A DNA stretch of 64,000 nucleotides from Mobula hypostoma (lineage: Eukaryota): the NCBI RefSeq assembly GCF_963921235.1, contig NC_086101.1, positions 5,148,001 through 5,212,000 on the forward strand. Reading direction: 5' to 3'. Both the position numbers and the translations under genes were made by a program. The notes under the pieces are model-generated. The model saw only the letters and a program-made list of their open reading frames with translations, was not told where the DNA came from and searched no databases. Positions within the stretch are counted from its first letter, which is position 1; every line of letters starts with the position of its first letter. Below, one piece after another: positions 12,166 through 24,972 of this stretch.

Positions 12166-12789
12166 CAGTGTTGTGCTGAACCAGTCAAATGGCCAACCAA
12201 ACTAATCTCTTCTGCCTACACAGTGTGCATATCCTTCCATTTTCCTCACAATCATGTGCCTATCTACATGTCTCTTAGAAGTCTCCACTATTTCTGCCTC
12301 TACCACCACCCCAGGCACCCACCTCTCTCTGCATCTCCTTTGAAATTAGCCCCTCTCACCTTAAATCCATGCCCCCTGGTCTTAGACATTTCAACCCTGG
12401 GAAAACGATATTGTCTGTCTACTCTCTCTAGGCCTCTGATGATCTTATAAACCTCTATCAGATCTCCTCCCAGCCTCCGCCGCTCCAGAGAAAACAACCC
12501 AAGTTTTTCCAGACTTTGCAGAGTTATACTTATTGTAGATAGTCAGTATTCCGACAGGGTCCAGGGTTCACCTTCAGAACAAACAGTTTCCATCAGAAGC
12601 TGACGTCCTCAGGGGTGTCAGAGCATTCACTTCCCAGAATGCATGCTTCCCCCGACCCAGAGATTTAGTTGTTCCTATGAGTCACAGTTATAGAAAAGTA
12701 CTGCTGAGAAACGGGCTCTATGGCCCATCTAGTCTGTGCCAAACCATTGAAACTGCCTGTAACTCCAGAAGCAGCTAATCCACCTGATG

Positions 12790-14040
12790 TCTGTTACAGA
12801 CCCATGGACTCTCACAGCTACCTTGTCCCACCCTGCTACTTGTAAAAACACCATCGCCGTCTCTCAATTGCTCCATCTCCGCCACATCTGCTATCAAGAT
12901 GGGGCTTTTCATTCTAAAACGAAGGAGATGTCCTCCTTTTTAAAAGAAAGGGGCTTCCCTTCCTCCACCATCAACGCTGCCCTCAACCACATCTCTTCCA
13001 TTTCACACATGTCTGCTCTTACCCCATCCTCCCGCCACGCTACCAGGGATAGGGTTCCTCTTGTCCTCACCTACCGCCCCACCAGCCTTCACATCCAGCA
13101 CATAATTCTCCGAAACCTCTGCCACCTCCAATGGGATCCCACCACCAAGCATATCTTTCCCTCCCCCCCCCCCCAATTTCCGTTTCCGCAGGGATTGTTC
13201 CCTTCGCGGCTCCCTTGTCCGTTCATCCCTCCCCACTGATCCGCTGATCTCCCTCCGGGCACTTATCATTGCAAGCAGAACAAGTCCCTACACCTCCTCC
13301 CTCACTAACATTCAGGGCCCCGAACAGTCCTTCCAGGTGAGGCAACACTTCACCTGTGAGTCTTTTCAGGTCACTGACTATGTTCAGTGCTCCTGGCGTG
13401 ACCTCCTGTATATCGGTGAGACCCGATGTAGATTGGGAGACTGCTTCGCCGAGCATCTACGCTCTGTCCGCCAGAACAAGCAAGATCTCCCTGTGGCCAC
13501 CCATTTTAACTCCACTTCCCATTCCCATTCCGATACGTCCATCCATGGCCCCTTCCACCATCATGATGAGGCCACACTCAGGTTGGAGGAACAGCACCTT
13601 ATATTCTGTTTGGGTAGCCTCCAACCTGATGGCATGGACATTGATTTCTCAAACTTCCGGTAATGGCCCCACTCCCTCCCTTCACCATTTCCCATCCCCT
13701 TTCCCTGTCTCATGGTATCCCCTTGCCCACCCATCACCTCCCTCTGGTGCTCCTGCCCCCTTTTCTTTTTTCCACGGCCTTTTGTCTCTTTCAACAATTT
13801 ACTTCCCAGGTCTTTACTTCATCCCTCCCCCTCTAGGTTTCACCTATCACCTGGCCTTTCTCTCTCCCTCCACCCACCTTTTAAACCTACTCCTCAGCTT
13901 TATTTCTCCAGTCCTGCTGAAGGGTTTCGGCCCGAAACGCGGACTGTACTCTTTTCCATAGATGCTGCCTGGCCTGCTGAGTTCGTCCAGCATTTTGTGT
14001 GTGTTACTGGGATATCCAGCAGCTGCAGGTTTTCTCTTGC
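12790..14040 (+). mobile_element. Penelope-like element with GIY-YIG endonuclease remnant
   Basis: ORF 13337..13663 QHFTCES...YVQCSWRDLLYIGETRCRLGDCFAEHLRSV...PVATHFNS...; hammerhead-like motif at ~13909-13946. Confidence 0.9.
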
Positions 14041-14599
14041 TTGTCATTTAAGCTGCCTTCTCCGATCGGCCTGCATCGGGACCATGGCCCTGCGTTCCCC
14101 TCCCATCCATGTTCCTATCCAGACTTCTCTTAAATGTTGAAACCAAGCCCACATGGACCACTTGCGCTGGCAACTCATTTCACACTATTCATGTTCCCCT
14201 TAAAACTTTTCACCTTTCACCCTTAACCCATGACCTCTGGTGTTGTAGTCCCACCTGAGCTCAGTGGGAAAAGCCTGTTTGCGTTCACTCTATGTATATT
14301 TCGATTACCTCTGTCAAATCCCTCCTCAGTCTTCTATGTTCCAAGGAGTAAAGTCCTAATTGAATCGTCCCTTATAACTCAGGTCCTCCAGGCTCGGCAA
14401 AATCCTTGGAATTTTTCTCTGCATGCTCTCAGCCTTATTTATATCTGTCCTGTAGGTACGTGACCAAAACTGCACACAATACTGCAAATTAGACCTCATC
14501 AACATCTTGTGCTACTTCCCCCTCCTCCCCCCCCACACTTCTTTCTCTACCCCGCATGCACTGTGTATCTGTAGTGTGAGGTAAACGGACTGTAGTGTG

Positions 14600-15050
14600 G
14601 GTTCATGGATTTCTGCTGCTGTAGTCCACCCACTTCAAGGTCTGACGTTTTATATGTTCGGAGATGCTCTTCTGCACACCGCTGTTGTAACGTGTGGTTA
14701 TTTGAGTTCCTGTTGCCTTCCCGTCAGCTTGAACCAGTCTGGCCGTTCTCTCACCTCCCTCATTAACCAGGCATTTTCACCCACAGAACTGCTATTTTGT
14801 TTCTCGCACCATTCCCTGTAAACTCTAGAGGGCGAAAATCTCAGGAGATCAGCAGGTACTGTCTGGCACCAACAGTCATTCCATGGTCAAAGTTACTGAG
14901 ATCGCATTTCTTTCCCATTCTGATATTTGGTTCTAACAATTGAACCTTTTGACCAGGCCTGCGTGCTTTTAGACATTGAGTTGCTGCCACATGATTGGCT
15001 AATTACATATTTGCATTAATGAGCAAGTGTACCTAATAGAGTGGCCATCA
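14600..15050 (-). mobile_element. Non-autonomous Tc1/mariner-like DNA transposon fragment
   Basis: Ends in GTGTACCTAATAGAGTGGCCA, the reverse complement of the terminus at ~38927; internal homology to 38927-40842. Confidence 0.65.
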
Positions 15051-16228
15051 AATGCATGTACAATGGCTAGTTTTTTTTTATTGTGGTACAGCGTGGAATA
15101 GGCCCTTCTACAAATTCCCTCTCTTGCGATCAAGTGCCAACCAAATATTCCCAGTCTACCAAAATATTGAAACCCCCATGATTATTGCACCGTGCCCTTT
15201 TTTACGTTCCTTTTCTATCTCCCATTGTAATTTGTAGCCTACATCCTGCCTGCTGTTCAGGGGCCTGTATATAACTCACATCGGGGTCTTTTTACCCTTG
15301 CAGTTTCTTCATCTTCCAATCCTATGTCGCCTTTTTCCCAAAGCTTTGATTTCATTTTATACCGTTAGAGCCATCCCACCCCTCCTGCCTACCTGCCTGT
15401 CCTTTCGATACAACGTGCATCCTTGGATGTTAAGCTCCCAACTGTGACCTTCTTTCAGCCACAACTCAGAGATGCTCACAAGGTCATACCCGTCAATCTC
15501 TGACTTGCCATAAAATCATCTACCTCGTTCCATGCAGTGCCTGCATTCCGGTAGAACGCCTTCGGTCCTCTATTCATCACTTTTTGATTTTGGCCCCCTT
15601 GTTACGCTTTAACTCATCCTGCTGACTGCAATTTTGCCCTGTCATCTTCCTGACAGTCTCACCACTATGCACTGTATCTAGTTGTACACCAACTGTCCCA
15701 GACTCTGCCCTATCGCTCTGGTTCCCATCCCCCTTGCCAAATTAGGTTAAGCCCACCTCCATAACTCCAGCAAACCTGCCCATACGTACAGTGAAACGTC
15801 TGTGCCAAGGACCAACGCAACTGGGGGCGGCCTGCAAGTGTCACCATGCCAACATAGCGTGCCCGCTGCTCACTAACCTGCACCTGTCTGTCTTTGGAAA
15901 CCAAGCACCCAGGGAAAACCCATGCGATTGTGGGGAGAACTTAGAAACTCCTTACAGACTGCAGCAGGAATTGAACCCAGTTTGTGTGCGCTGATGTTCT
16001 TGGACCTCACCCCCAGCCTGCTCTGATAACTGTTAAAACCCCTCCACTCTCCCACCCTGTTCTGCAGCTGGGTCTCTGACCTGAAGCGTTGTCTAGCTTC
16101 CCTTTCCGTGGGCGCTGTTAAACAGAGGTCTTCCTGTGTTTCTGATCAACTGCAGCCTTATCTGTTCCCTGAACGACTGGAAGTGTTACAGCTTCCCGTT
16201 TAACCGCTGGATTTTTGTTCTCTTTCAG

Positions 16229-16255
16229 AGTATGAGAGGTTGTGCAGGGAGAAAG
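16229..16255 (+). CDS. BTN-like micro-exon 4 (EYERLCREK)
   Basis: tttttgttctctttcag | 27 nt | gtaagg; phase 1-1. Confidence 0.86.
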
Positions 16256-16741
16256 GTAAGGCCGGCCAAAATGTGTGGGTTGTGTTGTGAAGGTGGTGGG
16301 ATGGGGTAATGACTGTATGAGGCAATAAGCCTGTGGCTGTTCCCCTCTCTAAAAGTACAGTGTTTTGAATATTTTGGGGGGGGGGTGATTACAGTTTGAA
16401 GTTTGCCTATCAGGCGAAAGCAAATAACATCTCAGCTGTCTCTGTACGCAATGGGGAAGGCAAAGACTCTCGGTGTACAGCAGTCACAGAGGACTTCTAA
16501 AGTCCAGATGAATGGTCTCGGCCCGAAACGTCGTCTGTACGATTCCGTAGAGCCTGACCTGCTGAGTTCCTCCAGCGTTTTGTGTGCGTTGCTGCGGATT
16601 TGCAGCATCTGCAGAATCTCTTGTGTTTCTAAACTATCTCATCGGTTATTAATTTTTGGATCATATTTCAGAGACTGTTAAGTAATTGTGTAAAGCAAAC
16701 GCTGGGCTCTTACAATTTTGCTTTATTTTTGAAACTGATAT

Positions 16742-17835
16742 ATAGAAACATAGAAACATAGAAAATAGGTGCAGGAGCAGGCCATTCGGCCCTTCGAGCC
16801 TGCACCGCCATTTATTATGATCATGGCTGATCATCCAACTCAGAACCCCGCCCCAGCCTTCCCTCCATACCCCCTGACCCCTGTAGCCACAAGGGCCATA
16901 TCTAACTCCCTCTTAAACATAGCCAATGAACTGGCCTCAACAGCTTCCTGTGGCAGAGAATTCCACAGATTCACCACTCTCTGTGTGAAGAAGTTTTTCC
17001 TAATCTCGGTCCTAAAAGACTTCCCCTCTATCCTCAAACTGTGACCCCTCGTTCTGGACTTCCCCAACGTCGGGAACAATCTTCCTGCATCTAGCCTGTC
17101 CAATCCCTTTAGGATCCTATAAGTTTCAATCAGATCCCCCCTCAATCTTCTAAATTCCAACGAGTACAAGCCCAGTTCATCCAGTCTTTCTTCATATGAA
17201 AGTCCTGCCATCCCAGGAATCAATCTGGTGAACCTTCTTTGTACTCCCTCTATGGCAAAGATGTCTTTCCTTAGATTAGGGGACCAAAACTGCACACAAT
17301 ACTCCAGGTGTGGTCTCACCAAGGCCTTGTACAACTGCAGTAGTACCTCCCTGCTCCTGTACTCGAATCCTCTCCCTATAAATGCCAGCATACCATTCGC
17401 CTTTTTCACCGCCTGCTGTACCTGCATGCCCACTTTCAATGACTGGTGTATAATGACACCCAGGTCTCGTTGCACCTCCCCTTTTCCTAATCGGCCACCA
17501 TTCAGATAATAATCTGTTTTCCTGTTTTTGCCACCAAAGTGGATAACTTCACATTTATCCACATTAAATTGCATCTGCCATGAATTTGCCCACTCACCCA
17601 ACCTATCCAAGTCACCCTGCATCCTCTTAGCATCCTCCTCACAGCTAACACTGCCACCCAGCTTCGTGTCATCTGCAAACTTGGAGATGCTGCATTTAAT
17701 TCCCTCATCCAAGTCATTAATATATATTGTAAACAACTGGGGTCCCAGCACTGAGCCTTGCGGTACCCCACTAGTCACCGCCTGCCATTCTGAAAAGGTC
17801 CCGTTTATTCCCACTCTTTGCTTCCTGTCTGCTAA
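16742..17835 (-). mobile_element. Young CR1 LINE, open RT C-terminal half
   Basis: ORF 16840..17814 (324 aa) SGVPQGSVLGPQLFTIYINDLD...KFADDTK; (TTTCTATG)n tail. Confidence 0.95.
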
Positions 17836-18039
17836 CCCCTGGATGGAAACCCCTTCCTCACCTGTTGTTTTATCCTAGAGGTGATTAAAATTATTCCATC
17901 GTCAAGTAGAATGAGAGATTTTTTTATATATTGAATTCCTGATGTCACGACTTCTCACTGCTATCAGAACCAGTCAGCTCATTGACACACCAACTCAAGA
18001 GATTCTGCAGACGCTAGAAATCTTCAACAACATACAGAG

Positions 18040-18083
18040 ACACAGAGACCCCCCCCCCACACACACACACACACACAGTCACT

Positions 18084-18116
<33 letters not shown>

Positions 18117-18121
18117 TCACT

Positions 18122-18160
<39 letters not shown>

Positions 18161-18228
18161 CCACACACACACACACACACCCCCCACACACACACACACA
18201 CACACACCCCCACACACACACACACACA

Positions 18229-18266
<38 letters not shown>

Positions 18267-18332
18267 CACTCTCACACAGTCACTCTCACACACACACACA
18301 CACACACACACAGTCACTCTCACACAGTCACT

Positions 18333-18372
<40 letters not shown>

Positions 18373-18390
18373 CACTCTCACACAGTCACT

Positions 18391-18428
<38 letters not shown>

Positions 18429-18454
18429 CACTCTCACACAGTCACTCTCACACA

Positions 18455-18491
<37 letters not shown>

Positions 18492-18640
18492 ACACACACA
18501 CACACCCCCCCACACACACACACACACACACAGTCACTCTCACACACACACACACACACACACAGTCACTCTCACACAGTCACTCTCACACACTCACACA
18601 CACACACACACACACACTCACACACACACACACACACCCC

Positions 18641-18672
<32 letters not shown>

Positions 18673-18690
18673 CACTCTCACACAGTCACT

Positions 18691-18768
<78 letters not shown>

Positions 18769-18787
18769 CACTCTCACACACTCACAT
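18040..18787. repeat. ~750-bp compound (CA)n microsatellite with interspersed CAGTCACTCT units
   Basis: Seen directly in the sequence. Confidence 0.97.
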
Positions 18788-19017
18788 AAAGACATACAGT
18801 CCACTTGATCCATGCCTCTTATCATCTTGTACACTTCTATCAAGTTGCCTTTTATCTTCCTTCATGCCAAAGAGAAACTTCCCATCTCACTCAAAATACC
18901 AATAACACTTGGCTGTTTCATCCATCTGCTTGTCTAAGAATCTGCTGAATTAATGTACGATGGGTGGCTTCCGGTCACCGGCAAAGCCTCTTACTACGTT
19001 TCCATTGTCTGTTTCAG

Positions 19018-19044
19018 CGGACGCGGTAGGAGCAGAGAGATCAG
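19018..19044 (+). CDS. BTN-like micro-exon 5 (ADAVGAERS)
   Basis: ttgtctgtttcag | 27 nt | gtgagc; phase 1-1. Confidence 0.83.
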
Positions 19045-19195
19045 GTGAGCTCAGTGGAGGATTTTGTCACCAGTGCTGTTGTGTTGGTTTTGCACAGTCT
19101 CATCTGTTACCCTCTGCAGTTTCAACATTCAGGTTCCTGGGCATCGTTCTATTGCAGGACCTCATGTTGGTTCCTTAATGTTGTCAGAGCCGGCT

Positions 19196-19393
19196 TGGGG
19201 GTGGGTGGGGAGGAGGTGGGGGTTAGGATTAGGGTTGTGGGGGTGGGAAGGAGGTCGGGGCTAGGGTTGGCATTGTGGGCGTGGGGGTTGGGGTGGGTGA
19301 GGAGGAGGTGGGGGGGTTGGGGTGGGTGGGGAAGAGGTCGGGGTTAGGGTTGGGGAGGTGGGGGGTAGGGGTGGGCGGGGAGGAGGTAGAGGG
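19196..19393 (+). repeat. G-rich low-complexity tract (many G3-G7 runs)
   Basis: Seen directly; includes GGGTTAGGG units. Confidence 0.9.
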
Positions 19394-19574
19394 ACAGCCA
19401 ATAATCGCACAAATAGTAAAAAAAAGTTTTTAAAAAACACATGAACCATGAACTGCAGATTCGAGTTGCTGGAAGTGAGACTCTTAGCTTTTTCCTGCAT
19501 GAGTGTTGTTGTATCAGCTAATCCTGGCCTGTTTGTTACAATCATTACATTGTCTCCTGTTTTTGTTTGCTCAG

Positions 19575-19601
19575 AGCTTGAGAAACTTCGCAAGAAATTT
19601 G
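19575..19601 (+). CDS. BTN-like micro-exon 6 (ELEKLRKKF)
   Basis: tttttgtttgctcag | 27 nt | gtaagt; phase 1-1. Confidence 0.87.
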
Positions 19602-20642
19602 GTAAGTGAATATTCCCAGTGCTCTCCACTCACTGGGATTGACATCTCATCACTGAATTTTTTTTACATTATGAAGACATGCAGTCCTCTTTTATTGTCA
19701 TTTAGTAATGCATGCATTAAGAAATGATACAATATTTATGCCAGTCACTTTAAATGCCGGTCACAAAGTGAACAGGGCTGCTAATACTATTGTGGATAGA
19801 AGTCAGTACAGGCCCTTCGGCCCACAGTGTTGTGCTGACCTTTTAACCTACTCTGAGATCAATCTAACCCTACCTTCCTACATAACCCTCACTTTCTATC
19901 ATCCGTGAGCCTAATAAGATTTTCTTAAATGTTCCTACATGCCTGCCTCTACCACCACCGCTGACTGTGCGTAACACACACTCTTCTGTTTTTTAAAAAA
20001 AACTGACCTCCGACATCTCCACCCTATACTTTCCTCCAGCTGCCTTAAATGTATGCCCCCTCATATTAGCCGTTTCCGCCCTGGGAAAAGTTTCCAGCTT
20101 TCCACTTTATCTTTGCCTCTTATCTTGTACATCTCCGTTAAGTCCCCTCTTATTCTCCTTCACTCCAGAGAGAAAAGTCCTGGCTTGCACGACATATCCC
20201 CAGCATCCTGGTATCTATCATTTGTACCCTGTCTGAAGTATCCACTTCATCGCTATACCAGGGCGATCAGAACTAACAGCAATACTCCCTCTGGTCTAAC
20301 CAAAGTTTTATAGAACTGCAACATTACTTCATGGCTCTCGAACCCAGTCCCCAGACTATTGAAGGCCAACGCACCGTACAGCTTCTTAACCACCCTGTCA
20401 ATTTGAATAGCAACTTTGAGGGATCTGTGGACGTGGACCCCAAGGTCCCTCTGTTCCTCCACACTGCAAGGAATCCTGTATTCTGCCTTCAAGTTCGACC
20501 TTCCAAAGTGAATCACTTCACTCTTCTAACCTTATGATAGCCTGTGATATACCCTGGTGTGCACGAACTGTGGGGAATCTTGCTGGATGTTGGGATTTGG
20601 GACTAAAAGGTGTTTCGCATCTGTTCTTTTTGTGTTTTACAG

Positions 20643-20669
20643 AGGAGGAAAACAATGCAATCACAGCTG
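20643..20669 (+). CDS. BTN-like micro-exon 7 (EEENNAITA)
   Basis: ctttttgtgttttacag | 27 nt | gtacgt; phase 1-1. Confidence 0.84.
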
Positions 20670-21164
20670 GTACGTGCTGAGTTGTTCACAGGTTAACTAC
20701 GCGGTCCCGCGTTTTGCGACGATGAGAGGTTGTAGGTGAATGTGCGATGGATACCCTGACTGGGCCTCACTAAAACAATCTCCCCACGAGGATATTAGCC
20801 ACTCCCCTCAGTGTAGGATTGGCCTGGGGACTCCAGCTCTGCTTTCTCCTCAGGGTTTACTCCTGAAGCCTTCCCTGTGAATAGGTATAACTGCAAGGCA
20901 GGGGAGGTTTGAGATTAGAGGTTTCCTTCTCCTAGATCAGCTGAAAACCTTGTCCGAAGAGTCCTGTCCTGTCCTGCCCGAGGCAACCGGTTTTCAGGTG
21001 CTAGTAATCCACGAATGTCCACTATCCTGTCAGTAGAAACGTTCTGCCGGGCTTAGTAGCTATGTCATAAGTGACTTGGTTGTCAGAGGCTATTTCAGAT
21101 GCATGACTTTGGGAGCAGTTAATACTTATTTATTCATTGATTTATTTATCTAGCTATTTATTGA

Positions 21165-21445
21165 CCTACTGAGATACAGCACAGGATAGGCCCTTCCGGC
21201 CCTTTGATCCCCACCACCCAGCAACCCCTGATTTAATCCGAGCCTGACCATGGGACAAGTTACAATGACCAATTAACCTGCCAACTGGTATATCTTTGGA
21301 CTGTGGGAGGAAACTGGAGCACCCAGAGAAACACACAGAGATGGGGAAAACGTACAAACTCCTTACAGGCAGTGGTGGGAATTGATCCTAGGTCACCTGT
21401 ACTGTAAAGCATTGTGCTGATGATTACACTACCGTACCACCCAAC
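21165..21445 (-). mobile_element. V-SINE (HE1-like)
   Basis: Reverse strand has the V-domain TCTGGGTGCTCCAGTTTCCTCCCACAGTCCAAAGA; other copies at ~15870-15985, 23965-24080, 30560-30675, 38485-38895, 62250-62410. Confidence 0.75.
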
Positions 21446-21764
21446 AGGCAGCGGGAGCTTATCCCACTATCTCCCCTGGCTGGGACAACCTTAAGGAACA
21501 GATTGCACGGTAGTGCTACAGCAGAACAACAAATTTCACAATGTATTTATTTTTCAGTCCATTATGTCCCCAGTCTTGCTGTCATCGGCAAATTTGCTTA
21601 TCCAGTTGACCACGCCATCGTGCAGGTGGTGTGACCACTTCTGTCTATAGTGCTCTGTTTTCCTCATTCTCAACTGCTCCCCCCCCCCGCAGTTGATCCG
21701 CGCTCTGAAAAACCAGTTGTGAACAGATTGACGACCTTTTTGCTAATGATTGTTTCCGTTGCAG

Positions 21765-21791
21765 ATTACAAGAAGCTCCAGACCGAGTTTG
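21765..21791 (+). CDS. BTN-like micro-exon 8 (DYKKLQTEF)
   Basis: Branch-like ctaat, tgtttccgttgcag | 27 nt | gtgagt; phase 1-1. Confidence 0.87.
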
Positions 21792-23304
21792 GTGAGTGTG
21801 GAATCAGAAGACGCCTTTGTTCAGTTAGTTTGTCTCGCTCCTGGTTGGGTTATATTCCTCAGCCTTGCTCGTCGCTGTTGGCCAAGTGCTTGTCTGGCTG
21901 TTAGGCACCACTCGAGGCACTCGTGCTGGGATTTAGTTACACAGACATCACTCCAGCCTTTTCAAGTGTTCCATGCAGTTCATCCTTCAGTAAGATGACT
22001 GGCAAATCCTCTAATCTCCATAGCACAGTCCCACGACGCTGTGCTGACCTTTTAACCTGCTGCAAGGTCAATCTAGACCAGGGGTTCCCGACCTGGGGTC
22101 CACAGACCCCTCAGTTAATGGTCGGGATCCATGGCATATAAAGGTTGGGAAGCCCTTATCTTGTCTTTCCCTCCCACATAACCCTCCATTTTTCTATCAT
22201 CCATGTACCCACCTAAGAGTCTGTTAAATGTCCCTAATGTATCTGCCTCTACCACTCCTGGCAGAGATTTCCATGCACACAGAACTCTGTGTACCTCTGA
22301 CATCTCTCCCCCGCCCCCCCCAACCAATACTTTCCTCCAAACACCTTAAAATTATCCCCCCTCGTATTAGCCATTTCCACACTGGGAAAGAGTCTTTGGC
22401 TGTCCACTCTATCGATGCCTCTGATCAATTTATATACCTCTTTCAAGTCCCCTCTCATCCTCCTCCACTCCAAGGAGAAAAACCCAAGCTCGTTCAACCT
22501 ACATCTGTTTAGATAAAGCAGATTAATAGATTTTCGAAGGGCACTGCGTAGAGCCAACTGCAGACACGAGAGACCGGTGATACTGGATTTAGCAGCAACA
22601 CACACAAAGCAAAGGTGGAACTCAGCAGGTCAGGCAGCACCTACGGAATAAAAAAGGGTTTGGACCCGAAATATTATCTGGCCTTTACCTTCCGTAGAGC
22701 CAATTGATGGCCAGAGAATGTAATTGCACTGTAAAAGCATAAGACCATAACATGTAGTAGTAGAATCAGGCCGTTCGGCCCATCAAGTCTGTTCCACCAT
22801 TTCATCATGCCTATCAGCCCCAATCTCCTGTCTTCTCTCCATATCCCTTCATGCCCTGACAGATCAAGAACCTGTTAACCTCTGCTTTAAATATACCCAA
22901 TGACTTGGCCTCCACAGTCGTCTGTGTCAATAAATTCCACAGAATCACTGCTCTCTGGCCAAATAAATTCTTCTCCATCTCTGTTCTAAAGTGGATGTCT
23001 CCCTCTATTCTGAGGCTGTGTCCTCTGATCGTGGGCTCTCCCACCATGGGAAACGTCCTCCCCACAGCCACCCTGCTGAGGCCTTCCACCATTTCAATGA
23101 GGCCCCTCCTCATTCTTCTGAGTTCCAGTGAGTGTAAGCAAGTGAGTAAGAGTTAATTAAAGATCAACTCTACAGTCCCATATCCATTGAAGCCCAGTGA
23201 AATCTGTCACTTATCAACATTATCCAACGTGGTCCGCGGATTGTGTTAGGGGCAGTCCACAAGTGTCTTCGTGCTTCTGGCGCCAATATGCATGCCCACC
23301 GCTC

Positions 23305-23895
23305 AAAGTTCAAAGTCAATTTATTATCAAAGTACATATCTGTCACCATATACAACCCTGAGATTCATTTCCTTGTGGGCATTTTGGTAAATCTAAGAAC
23401 ACAATAGAATCAATGAATGACCACACCCAACAGAATGGACAAACAACCAATGTGCAAAAGACGACAAACTGTGCAAATAATAAGCAAATAAACAAAAAAT
23501 ATCGAGAACATGAGATGAAGAGTCCTTGAAAGTGAGTCCATAGGTTGTGGGAACAGCTCAGTGATGGGCTGGGTGAGGTTATCCCCTCTGGTTCAGGGGG
23601 ATAGTCGAGGGCATAACTGTTCCTGACCCTGGTGGTGTGGGTCCTGGGGCTCCTGTACCTCCTGCCTGATGGTGGCAGCAGTGAGACGAGAGCGTGTCCT
23701 GGGTGGTGGTTCCTGATGGTTGAGGAGTAATGACTGTTCCTGAACCTGGTGGTGTGGGTCCTGGGGCTCCTGTATCTCCTGCCTGATGGTGGCAGCAGTG
23801 AGACGAGAGCCTGGCCTGGGTGGTGGGGATCCTTGGCAATGGATGCTGCTTTCCTGCCACCGTGCTCTGTGTAGATGTGATCAGTGATGGGGAGC
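23305..23895 (-). mobile_element. Rex/Babar-type 3' end with ~93-bp internal tandem duplication
   Basis: HHPG(Q/H)ALVSLLPPSGRRYRSPRTHTTR appears twice in ORF 23343..23906 (DNA copies ~23616-23708 and ~23733-23825). Confidence 0.8.
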
Positions 23896-24945
23896 TCGAA
23901 GTCCAATTATATGCTCAAAGTCCAGTTGATAAATGCCTGCTGTAAAGGTACTCCATGCTGGGAATAAACCAGAGCACCCGGAGGAAACCCACATGGTCAC
24001 GGGACAACAGAAAAACTCCTGACAGACACTGGCGGGAATTGAACCCCGGTTGCTCGTTTCTGGCACTGTGAAGTGTTACACTATCGGGCATGACACAAAG
24101 CCACTAAGATGTCATGGCAAAATTAATCGGGAGATGTTAGAGTTGTAGAAAACTACAGCACAGCAACAGGCCCTTCAGTCCATCTATTATGTGCTGAACC
24201 ATTTAAACTGCCTAGTCTCAAAAGGGGATAATTTCACTCAACTTCACTTGCCCGGTCGTTGAATAGTTCACTTTCAAGGACTCTGCATGTCATGATCTCA
24301 ATATTTATTGCTTATTTGTCTATTATAATTAATGTTTATTTTTGTATTTACACAGTTTTTGCTGCCTTCTGTACTTACTCTGGTTGAATGCCCAAGTTGG
24401 GCAGTTTTTCATTGATTCTGTTACGGCTGCTATTCTATAGACTTATTGAGTATGCCTACAAGAAAATGAATCTCAAGGTTGTGTATGGTGACATATATAT
24501 TAAAATTAACTTTGAAATTTGAACTTTAACCTGCAGCTGGACCATAGTCCTCCATACTCCTCCAATCCATGTACCTATCCAAACTTCTCCTAGATGCCAA
24601 ATTGGAAATCACACCCACCACTTGTACTGGCAGCTCGTTCCACAGTCTCCCCACCCTCTGAGTGAAGAAGTTTCCCCTCACCTTCCCCTTAAACATTTCA
24701 CCTTTCACCCTTAACCCCTGACCTCTATTTCTTGCCTCAGCCAACCTCAGAGGAAAATGGCTGCTTGTGTTTACCCTATCTATATTGCTATCAAATCTCC
24801 CCTCAGTTAGATTGAGGATTTACGGTGATGAATGTGGAGGTTGTATTTTTTGTTAAATGTTTTTGAGATAACTTGGTCTCTCTGGGAATATTTCATTGAA
24901 AAATTAAAGTTCTATGTTTGAATTAATTTTCTCTTTTCATTTCAG

Positions 24946-24972
24946 AACAATGGAGACCCCTTGTCACATCAG
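24946..24972 (+). CDS. BTN-like micro-exon 9 (EQWRPLVTS)
   Basis: ttttctcttttcatttcag | 27 nt | gtacgt; phase 1-1. Confidence 0.86.

Noticed and set aside
17942..18808. 288-aa His/Thr-rich ORF
   Set aside because: Translation of the CA microsatellite; no stops are possible in that repeat.
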